Below are positions 8,647-18,200 of a stretch of 20,000 nt of DNA, piece by piece. Below the pieces are notes generated by a model. It was not told where the DNA came from and did no database searches. It saw nothing but the letters and a program-made list of their open reading frames with translations. How positions within the stretch are numbered: position 1 is the stretch's first letter; each line of letters starts with the position of its first letter. Both the position numbers and the translations under genes were made by a program. The stretch spans positions 47,888-67,887 of the forward strand of contig MRSU01000013.1 in NCBI GenBank assembly GCA_008369845.1, written 5' to 3'. The DNA comes from Trichomonas gallinae. Lineage: Eukaryota.

Positions 8647-9075
8647 TTAATGACGGCTACGGCGTGGGCCTGAACGTCTGGTCATACCAAATACATTCTC
8701 TCTTTTTGCTTTAATTTTAAGATTCTTACCAGCAAATAAGTTATTATTTAGTGTATTAATAGCTAAATTTGCTGCCTCTAGTGAATCAAACTCAATGTAA
8801 GCGTATTTTCCAGATTTTGGATTAGATTTAAGCGTAAGTTTTTTAATCTTTCCACAGCAACTGAAGTAATTTTCTAATTTATCTTGCGAAACGGAAGCAT
8901 CTAAATTTCCAACCCATATAGAATTCTCGTTCTTAGGCTTTTCCACTGGAGCAGCATCAGCGGCTGCTGCGTCTGCTGCAGGCTGTGCAGCAATGGGAAC
9001 TATTGGAGCTGTTGTGGCTGCTGACTGGTTCTTTTTGATTGCATCAAGCTTCTTCCTGAAATCTTCGAGACTCAT
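8647..9075 (-). CDS. Single-RRM protein, nuclear poly(A)-binding protein (PABPN1/Pab2)-like
   Basis: RNP2 SIWVGNLD and RNP1 KYAYIEF, plus PABPN1-type YFSCCG and LFAGKNLKIKAKRENVFG (compare LFrGrqiKV.pKRtN.pG). Arg-rich tail. The stop codon is part of TAAA, the trichomonad polyadenylation signal. Confidence 0.8.
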   Translation of the reverse strand: MSLEDFRKKLDAIKKNQSAATTAPIVPIAAQPAADAAAADAAPVEKPKNENSIWVGNLDASVSQDKLENYFSCCGKIKKLTLKSNPKSGKYAYIEFDSLEAANLAINTLNNNLFAGKNLKIKAKRENVFGMTRRSGPRRSRH

Positions 9076-9313
9076 GAATTTTACCGCCAGAAATTAAATT
9101 CATTTTTGACATGTAAATTGTAACAATAATGACAATGTCGAAATATCCGATTATTTTCAATTCAAATTTAAAAACTTTATAATACATAAAAATACTTTTT
9201 AGAGTTTGAAACTTTGGCATATATATCCTCTATATGCATGTATTATGTCTGTAAACTCATCTTTTGATCATCTTCAAAAAATAGTAACTTTGATGATGCT
9301 AATCTACTATGAA

Positions 9314-9444
9314 TTACATGTCATAAACTATGTCAAATGCTTAATTATGACATGTAAATATATTTGTCGTGTAAAATATGATTTACATATCAGAAATTAT
9401 GTCAAATGCTTATTTATGTCATGTAAAATATGATATACTTGACA
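9314..9444. repeat. Degenerate tandem and inverted repeat array (about 69-bp period) of TGTCA/TGTAAA motifs
   Basis: TATGTCAAATGCTTA at 9329 and 9398. GTC(G/A)TGTAAAATATGAT at 9366 and 9418. Perfect 13-bp inverted repeat at 9314-9326 / 9345-9357. Confidence 0.8.
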
Positions 9445-9479
9445 GAATAAGTTTCGGATTTAACTTATGATTAATTTAG

Positions 9480-9570
9480 CGTGATAAGACCATTTCGCAT
9501 AACCACGATGTGAAGCTGCGGGACAAGCTCTCCACGTTCTCATCAAAGCGAGCCCAAACTAGCAACTATC
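9480..9570 (-). ncRNA. Candidate structured small RNA (possibly H/ACA-like)
   Basis: GC is 44/85 over 9479-9563 within very AT-rich intergenic DNA. Hand folding gives two adjacent hairpins whose G-U pairs work only on the minus strand, with ACA directly after the first. No family was recognised. Confidence 0.4.
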
Positions 9571-9611
9571 TAAAAAAAATCGATCAAAAAATTGGAAAAT
9601 ATATTTACACC

Positions 9612-9623
9612 ATTGTCACTTTT
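9612..9623 (+). promoter_or_regulatory. Initiator-like element ATTGTCACTTTT
   Basis: TCAYW core about 50 nt upstream of ATG 9667. Identical to 543-554. Confidence 0.55.
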
Positions 9624-9666
9624 TATCTCAAAAATTGAGAGCAATTCAAAATATTACAAATTTTAG

Positions 9667-12147
9667 ATGAATTCAAGAAGAACAGGAAATTATTCGCCAA
9701 ATAGGACTCATTCCTTATCAACATCTGGCAGCAGTTATCGCGACGATATATACGGGTCTCCAGTTGGAAACTATCAAAAATCGAATTACAGATATACGAA
9801 ACCTCAATCGATCAAAGACAAATACACTCTACCTGATGAAATGATTCACAGGAGCAAATCCAAGCCAAAACTGAGCACATCACCTTTATCATCTCCAACA
9901 ATCAAATCTCCACCGAAATCACGAAATGCCATAAATTCTCCGACAGTACAGAAACAAAAACTTGTAGTCAGTCTTGATGAACGCCTTAGATCTGCTGGTG
10001 TTATATCAACAAAGTCGCCTAAAAATAAATCTCAGCACATAGACCCGCTTATAAAACTGCAGAAACTACTGAATGAGATACTTTCGGATTCAGATTCCGA
10101 TGATGTAGATAATCTTATTGAATCAATCCACGCTGTTGCTGAAGGAAAGGCGCCAAAGCAAGCATGCAAATATTTTAAAGACATCGATGTACCGCAAAAT
10201 GTATATACACCGCCAAAACAAACAAATATTCAAAAACCACAACAGACGCAGCCAGTAAAGCCAATATCACCGCCAAAACCAAAGCCTAAGCCAGCACAGA
10301 AAATTGTCGTGCTTGAAGACTCAGATGACGAAGTTAAAGAAATTAATTTAAGCGAAACAGTCAGCCCTATTCAGCCAGCGACAAGACAAGTAAAAGAAGA
10401 ACAAAAATCACACAGAAGTCCAAAATACAATGTCGGAGAAGACCTTTATAATACAGCTTATCCAACATTGAGCAGCACAAGTCCGAAACAGACGAATTCC
10501 AAGCAGAGACTTAGCTCAGGACAGCGTCTTTACGCGCTAACAACAGGTCAGAACATAGAAGAAGCTGATCCGCTCGATTTTTCGATGACAGATTTGAGCG
10601 AAACAAGAAAAGGAGCTGATTCACTAGATTTTTCGACAACTGAACTGAGTGAAACGAGGAAAGAAGCTATTAACGAGCTCCTCGACCTCGATTCAACGCA
10701 AGGGCTTCAATCGGACCAAGAAATCGTCAACAGAATCAACAAACTCATCGGACAGTCAGTGGATGAGCCAAACTCAGCCGAAGAAGAGGAAGAAGAAGCA
10801 GAATATGAGGAAGAGGAAGAAACTCACAGTGAAGCCGTAAAAAGCGAAGAAAATCCAATCGAAGTCAAATCAAGCGCGAGCGAGAAAGTTGTTGAAGAAA
10901 TTACGCATCACGACGAGCCATTGCAGCCGATTCCAGAAGTCAATCCCGACAAATACAGATTCGATGACGACGAGGAATACAAAGAAGATATGGACAACGA
11001 AGAGCTTCTGCAGATGGCTGACAGTATCATCCACAAAGTCCATCCAGATGATATCGCTGAAGTCAAGGAGTCAGTAGAAGAGATTGAAGAAGATGAGGAA
11101 GAAGAAGATCTGGGAATTCAAATGCATAACGGTTTCATTGTTCCTTCAGTAGAAACTGATGACGAGACAACCGGTGGCAGACTCACGGAGAAGAAGAGTG
11201 AACCAGAAGACCCAGAGCTTGATGAGTTACTACAGAAGCTCAAAAACCATCACGAAAAGACTGACGAGCCAGAGATGAACGAATACTTCGATGACCTCAA
11301 AGGCGACTTGGATAAAACTTCACCAGTCAAGAAGGCAAACATAGAAGAAATTGTCAACGAGCAGAAGGAGGTAATGACTCGCATTAACTCAATCAACGAC
11401 TTGATCAACAACATCGACAACGAATTCGAAGAAGAAGACGAAGAGATGAATAACGATATTCCTACTTCAAAGTTGATTCATGATGATGTAATTTCTTCAT
11501 TAAATCACTATAATGAAATCTCAACACCAAGCACCTACAATGATGCTGAAATTACACCATCAAGAGTTGATGCATCGAACAGAAACGACCATGATAATAT
11601 TTCATCTGCAAATAATGATGCTAAAATTGCTCCATCAAAAGTTGACGAAAACATTTCATCCAATAAAAAAGATGACATAATATCGACAACAAATACAAAT
11701 GATCATAATGTTATTGCATCAAACACAAATGATGTTAAAACTCCAACATTGAGCACAAATGAAATTCCAAAAACGAATGAAACAAAGAAGGAAAATGAAT
11801 TAAAGGTTGTTCAAGAAACACCACATGAAGAAGAAAAAATTAACGAAGTTAAACCTGTTCAAAATGAAGAAAAACCACAGCCAATAGAAGAAAAACCGGT
11901 CAAAGTCATTAAAGAAGACCAAAATGATGAAATAGTCGAAGATGAAGACGATATTGTTATTGTGAAACCATATAAAGAAGAAACAGAAGTCAAGAAGAGA
12001 GAAATTGCTGATGATGAACCAGTCAGCGAAGAAGTTACTGGTGAAATACAGCAAATTGGTGACGAAATCATTCATGACGTGAATTTTATCGACGACAAGA
12101 ATGAAATAATACCAGAAATAGCTCCAATCAATCAGGAAGATTTATAA
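9667..12147 (+). CDS. Hypothetical low-complexity, probably disordered protein (basic Ser/Pro-rich N-terminus, acidic remainder)
   Basis: 826-aa uninterrupted ORF with many SP motifs, poly-Glu runs and internal repeats. No recognisable globular domain. Confidence 0.9.
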   Translation: MNSRRTGNYSPNRTHSLSTSGSSYRDDIYGSPVGNYQKSNYRYTKPQSIKDKYTLPDEMIHRSKSKPKLSTSPLSSPTIKSPPKSRNAINSPTVQKQKLVVSLDERLRSAGVISTKSPKNKSQHIDPLIKLQKLLNEILSDSDSDDVDNLIESIHAVAEGKAPKQACKYFKDIDVPQNVYTPPKQTNIQKPQQTQPVKPISPPKPKPKPAQKIVVLEDSDDEVKEINLSETVSPIQPATRQVKEEQKSHRSPKYNVGEDLYNTAYPTLSSTSPKQTNSKQRLSSGQRLYALTTGQNIEEADPLDFSMTDLSETRKGADSLDFSTTELSETRKEAINELLDLDSTQGLQSDQEIVNRINKLIGQSVDEPNSAEEEEEEAEYEEEEETHSEAVKSEENPIEVKSSASEKVVEEITHHDEPLQPIPEVNPDKYRFDDDEEYKEDMDNEELLQMADSIIHKVHPDDIAEVKESVEEIEEDEEEEDLGIQMHNGFIVPSVETDDETTGGRLTEKKSEPEDPELDELLQKLKNHHEKTDEPEMNEYFDDLKGDLDKTSPVKKANIEEIVNEQKEVMTRINSINDLINNIDNEFEEEDEEMNNDIPTSKLIHDDVISSLNHYNEISTPSTYNDAEITPSRVDASNRNDHDNISSANNDAKIAPSKVDENISSNKKDDIISTTNTNDHNVIASNTNDVKTPTLSTNEIPKTNETKKENELKVVQETPHEEEKINEVKPVQNEEKPQPIEEKPVKVIKEDQNDEIVEDEDDIVIVKPYKEETEVKKREIADDEPVSEEVTGEIQQIGDEIIHDVNFIDDKNEIIPEIAPINQEDL
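10564..10665 (+). repeat. In-frame 51-bp tandem duplication (2 x 17 aa)
   Basis: ADPLDFSMTDLSETRKG / ADSLDFSTTELSETRKE. GCTGAT starts both units, at 10564 and 10615. Confidence 0.85.
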
Positions 12148-12245
12148 TAATTTTTTGTTTATTTATGTTATAATTAAAAAAATGATTTTTAAAACAAACG
12201 CAAATAAAATAAACATTTAAAAAACAAACTATATAAAATATAATA

Positions 12246-15200
12246 TTAAAATGTGAGCTTTCCACTGAATACGTGGCCTTTCTCACTTGCCAAGAAAATT
12301 GTTGATGATTCTTCAACGAAACAACCAGAAATTATTTCTTCGTCAATTGGCCCCTGAGCGATGATATCAAGGGTAACAGTATCTACAACTATGACACTTG
12401 TGCTGTCGAAGCTGATAATGCAGAAAGATGAACCATGCTTCGTATCAAATTGCTTGCAAAATGTCACGCGACCGTTCATGACATATTCAGACAATATTTT
12501 GCCTGTTAAATCCAGGCTTGTTATTGTCGAAGTTTTCGTGGAAAGAGCTTCATTGGACAGTGTAACAGCAATGATTACACCCATCTCAGATATGCACAAA
12601 AACGTCACAGATCCTTGAAGATTTATTGTCCTTAAATGCGTTGAATTCGAAATCGAAGAAAACAAAACATTTCCGTCTGAATCACCAGAAATAATTAAGT
12701 TCATCGAATCATTGACATCTAGTGCAGTTATTGGCGCATTATGGCATGAAATTAGTGATCTATAGCAGCTCCTGTCCCAAACTACAACAGATGAATCAGA
12801 GCTGCCAGTAACAATCGTGTTTTCGCTGACAGAAATACATGTTATTGGAAAAGCGTGCAACATGCTGCCCCTTCTTCGCGAAAATGTGTTTCTAAGGGAA
12901 TATATCTCGAATCTCACGGACCAAGGCGGACAGAAGACAATTTCGTCGCCTCTGTAAAGTTTTGTCAAAATAAACTCAGAACATAATGGTTTGTAATTCA
13001 AATTTGTCGACGAAATAATTTCGTTGTTTTCTGACAATTCTTGTATTACAACAGAAGTCTTTGTTACTAAAGTTAAAGTGTTTTTCGTGTCACTTTGTAC
13101 CATGTAGGCCAATCCTGGTGATTTGTAGATACTAAAAGCGATTTCTGTCTGTTTTTTGCCAGAAAAGTTGAAAAACTTTGTGAAAATTCTAGAAATTTTT
13201 TGCGGACTTGGCTGGTTAAACAACTGGTCAGGAACAATTCCAAAATTAGCTGCGTGGTTCTGTATGGTGCTCATTAAGCCCTCCGCGTAGTCTTGTTCGA
13301 GAACATCGTTGTAAGAAAACGGATGATAAACATTATAATGCTGCGAAGATTTTTGGTTGATTCCGAAAATCAAATCTATCCATTTGTTGAGATTTTCGCT
13401 GACGTAATCGGACTCCAAGGCCATTCTGTTTATATACACGTACATAGAGCTGCCGCCTTGTGCCCACTCAGGAAGCTGAACGTCTGAAACCATTATTGTC
13501 CTATTATCATCGCAATAACCTAAATCGAAGTTATTCGAATTAAGCAGAAATTCTCCGTGAGCGAAAAATTGCGGAATCAGTTCCCTGAAGTCAGAATTTC
13601 CTTTGGAGACAGAGTCCCAGGTGCTGGATATGCTAGTGAACAATCTGTTGGGTAGATCGAATTTGCCGCCTTGTAAAGTGATGTGAAGTGATGTATATGG
13701 TTCTTGTCTGATTAAATACGAAATAACATAAGCAGGAGCTGAATAGTGGAATCTATATATGCATGGGAAGTCGCAGGCATCCATGTCATTGTAAGCCTCC
13801 ATGAGCATGTCAAGTCTCTCTTTGTCTAAGGCTCCTAAAGGCTTCGACAAATCTCTGTAAATTTTTTCGTCATTCAAGTCAAGCGAAAAAGATTTGTAGT
13901 CAGCTATAACCCACGGGAAGACCGGATACTGGCTGAGGTCGTGGAATGATCTGCCGCTGAACATGTTTACAAGGTACAAATACTCGTAATTCGAAATCTC
14001 TCCGTTCATCCATTTTCTGTCGATTTGAAGTTGATGGAATAACTTTGATGCTGATTTCGTCTGAATTCCTTTGCATTTGGGTAGATTCAGCTGGTGAGCG
14101 AGTTCTATGAATTTCTCTAGATAGAACTTTTCGTCGAAAATGAAGAAGTATGATTTATAATCTAAGAATAATTCGACTCCTAATTCAACGTGTAGATGTC
14201 TGCGCTTCAATATCAGTGTAATATTCGATGGATTAAATGAAATGATTTTGACGACTTTCGTTTGTGATGATCCGATTATATCCATCTGGTCGTTAGACTC
14301 GAATTCTACATTATCATTAGAAACGTAGAGGACTCCTGAATATATGTGTTTGACTGTCAGCATCCTGCAGTTGAAATTCGCGATAAAACTTCTTTCGAGT
14401 TTCTCCTGCGAGAAAAATTTTTCGTCGACTTTTATTCTCCTTGTTACTTGATTCAATTCATTTGCCGCGTCTCTGAGTTTTGAGGCTTCTTCGTGTAAAT
14501 CAAAGTTAAAGTTGAATTTGTACATTGTTGGTCTGCCGATTAAATCTGTGTCTGCTGACATCCTGAAATGTTTCGATGATTTTTCTTGTTTGAATGAGAA
14601 ATAAATTTGTTTGTTCTTCTGTATCATCCTTCTCTCTGAGTTTATCATGGAAACAATTTCGCTGTCCTTGAAACTGATAAATTCGCGGACAATTGAATAA
14701 ATCTTGCAATTAGAAGACAAAGGATTCAACATGTTTTTGTAGATTTCTATATCATTGTTAACTTTTTCGAATAATTTCGATTGGAAGATGAATAACTCTG
14801 AGCCAATTCTACTATAAACTTCCTGCATTGTTATAGGCAACGAGCCGTTCCTAATGAGTTTATCTTCTATGGAAATAAAGGAATTTTCGATCTCGTTTGT
14901 TGGTTTTTGTATAATTAAAAATGAAAATGGAGAAAATTCGTGATGTTCTTCGCCGTTGAATAAATTCACTAAGTGTGGAGCAAATACTATGCATTTCAAG
15001 TGGTTATACATCATCAGTCTCGCATAAAGAAGCCCGCAGATGAAAGATAATGAGAATCCGCAAAAAGTGAAGTCTATTGTATTATTTTCGCAGGCAAACA
15101 TAAACAATGATATTGTTAAGCGATATTCATCTTCGGATGATACCTTTTCGTTCATATACGCCATGCAATAAATTTTTTTCGTGACATGCTCAGCGTAATC

Positions 15201-18200
15201 TTGCAAACTGTATATGTCTGTGATTCCTGATTGACTTGTGACATCGAAAATGCAGAAAATTAAACTGATTTCGAACATTTTCAGATCTTGCATAACTTCA
15301 AACTTGTTTGCAAGCAACGATCTTATGTAAACAATGGCCTGCTTGTTTGTGAGCAGCAATAGATTGATAATTCTCTGCAAATCGTCTGCATTTTGAATGA
15401 ATTTCGTTATTGTGAGAACCCAGTTGGAATTTGATGTGAATAATGTAATGTATACGATCCAAAACTCCCAGTTTGAGAATGTGAATGTGTCAAAGTCTGA
15501 TTTTGGTAGAATTTCGAAAAACTTATCAGCTAAAATTGTTCTGTGTTCATTTGTAGTGAATTGGAGCATAATAGCAAACATTTGTATCATGCTTTGCATA
15601 GTAATTTTTGGATTATAAACAAGTTTTTTGTCTTTCAACAAAATTTTGAGATTTGCATCGCAAATTATTGCAAAACAAGCTTCATTCATGAATCTTGTGT
15701 GATTTGTATTATTGTAGTATTGTAAAACTTGTAAAATCTCTTCAGTTGGATCCAAATCATATTGTTTTAGCAAATTAGTGAGAATTACTAAGCCTGTGAG
15801 TCTGGTTTCTTCACTGTCTGAATGGAAGAACTCAAGGAATGGATATAAACCTTTATCTTTGATTAAACTCTTGATTATTTGGTTATCATCTTGAATTATT
15901 TCAATAAGCAGGTTTTGAGCGTATTTCGAGTGTCTATTTGTACAACTGGCCAAGCCAATCAGTATTTTCAGGTCAGGATTCTGGAAATTCGATTGCGAAA
16001 GGTTATTCATAACATTCCACGAATTTGCATAGAGTTTTTCGTCTGTTTCGTCTTGCAACAGCATCACAAACTTCGTTATAACGTCAATGAGCCTCAAACG
16101 AAGCAAAATCGGATAAATTGAATTAATATATAATAATTTGATTTCTAAGTCGAAGTTTTTCCACAAATCGACTCTCAGCCACAGATTATGGATCATCTCG
16201 TTCTGCAGATCATCGATGGTCATAAACTTGTAAATATCGAACAGATTTGTTATTGAATCTATACTAATTAAACTACTTTCGATTTCTGTTAAATATTGGC
16301 CGAGCAAAATGAAGAAATTCTGCTGCTGGAAGATTTCTTCGTTGTTTTTGATCAGTTGCGCGAAGATATTCAGCAGAAAATTCAAGAATTCAGTCTGATT
16401 ATCTGATTTATGAACTAATTCTATTAAACTTATGATTGTAATCGGTCCACCGCAGCTTGGAAGTATTTTTGAGATGTTCCTTGCACCCGAAACTGATAAA
16501 CCATTAAATGTTGCGTTGGAGTAAGATTTTTCTTCGCGAATTATGTTGTAGCATTCGCCTTTATACAAATACTGAGCTGAATATTCACCACTTGGGGACT
16601 TAGGGTTGTTCCAGAACTTAATATTCTCGAAATTTCCATAAGTTTGGTAAATTTGGAATGAAAATTTTTTTTCTTCGTCGATTTCGAAATTTTCACATTG
16701 GATTTTGTCTTTCTCCTGGTTATTAATTAAAACCTGAAATTCTCCGCTCGAATAAACGAGTTTTAATTTTTCCCATTTTTGAGGAACAGCTGTTGCGTTG
16801 AGTTTGTTCTCGGAAATACCACTTATACCTAGCAATGTTAAGAACAAACGGCCATTTTTCGAAGATAATAAAATTTGCTGTGTTTCAGAGTTGATTTTAC
16901 AGATTTGCACATAAAGATCCGTCTTAAATGAGTCATTGGCAAGCTCATAATCGAATTCAACAGCAAAATATTTTGAAATATAAATTTCATCTTTTGTAAA
17001 TCTTGAAGAATCGTTTGTGAAATGGAAGAAACTTGTTAAGTTCCTTGTTGGCTTCGCCATGTCACTCATAGCTTTGAGCAATTCAAATGAAATTTCTTTG
17101 TTCGAATTCGAAATCAACTCAATAAGCTTCGAAAACTCACTTTTTCGTATGAAATCTTGTCCTATAACTGTTAGAAGCTTAATTGGTTTGCTTGTATCAG
17201 TGAATTTATGATAATTAGACAAAATCATTGAAAATACTCCAGATTGGAAGCACATGTAGCGATTGAACGTGTTGTTGAGTGTAGACTGTATCAAGAACTC
17301 GAATGTTTTATCAAAGTATGGTGTATCTATTGAAGATTTCAGTAATATTGGAATTGCGATGGAATTCTTAAGCTGACACTTGTTTCCATCTTCAAATCCT
17401 AACTCGTCTAGTGTTATAAACCTCAAAATAAGTATCAAAAACTCTTCATCTACAATGCATTTTTCGATTGCTGCGATAAATTTTTTCGTGAAGAAGAGAT
17501 TTGGATTTTCTAGTGAACTTTTGAGCTGTGGAGACGACACAATCATTTTGGTAAAAACAGTAATGACCCTTTTCAGTATTAATAAAAGAGAATCTTTTTG
17601 ATTTAGCGATAAATCGCTAGAATCGACGTTTGTTGAGTCTGTTGATGCATCTCTTGAATTGTAATTGGATGTTTCTGCGTCACCATTCCAAAATAGCGAG
17701 AAATGAATGAAATGATGATAAATATGAGATTGAATGAAGGAATTAACAATTCTTTCATATGAAAACGGTAATTCTGATACTAGTGTATTGCATAAAGTCT
17801 CAAAAACTCGCTGCCAGCTTGGATCATCAGCACAAATAAAACATTGATCGATAATCTTCTCGAATCTAACGAAATTCTTCTTCTGTATGGCATGTCTGAA
17901 CATCTTAGACATCAGTTCTTTCGCGTAATCAACCACTTCGTATTCTAATAAAAGAGAAATTAAATAATCCATAAATATTTCAAGGTGAAGTATATAATGG
18001 AATGAAGATAAACTTTGTATAAGCATCAATATGAACTTTAAAATACAGGATCTTGTGTCAATTTGCTTCTGTTGTGGACCTTTTGTGATCATCGAGCTTC
18101 TGAATGATAAATCGATCTCAATTATAGTCTCAATAATCATTGTTGTGCCAATACCTGCGATAAACTTAGTTTTATCCACGTAAAACAAAGATTCTAGCAA

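Noticed and set aside
9206..9433. 75-aa ORF with YVKCL repeats
   Set aside because: It starts at TTG and is a translation by-product of the non-coding repeat array.
9460..9545. C/D box snoRNA, U3 or tRNA interpretation of the GC island, or a 27-aa ORF (MRTWRACPAASH...)
   Set aside because: There is no suitably placed CUGA D box, no T-loop or cloverleaf, and the U3 resemblance is limited to short words. The small ORF has no supporting features, although it cannot be formally excluded.
9480..9550. Hammerhead ribozyme (minus strand UUGAUGA...CGAAA...UC)
   Set aside because: The core is UUGAUGA rather than CUGAUGA, and stems I and II cannot be formed around it.
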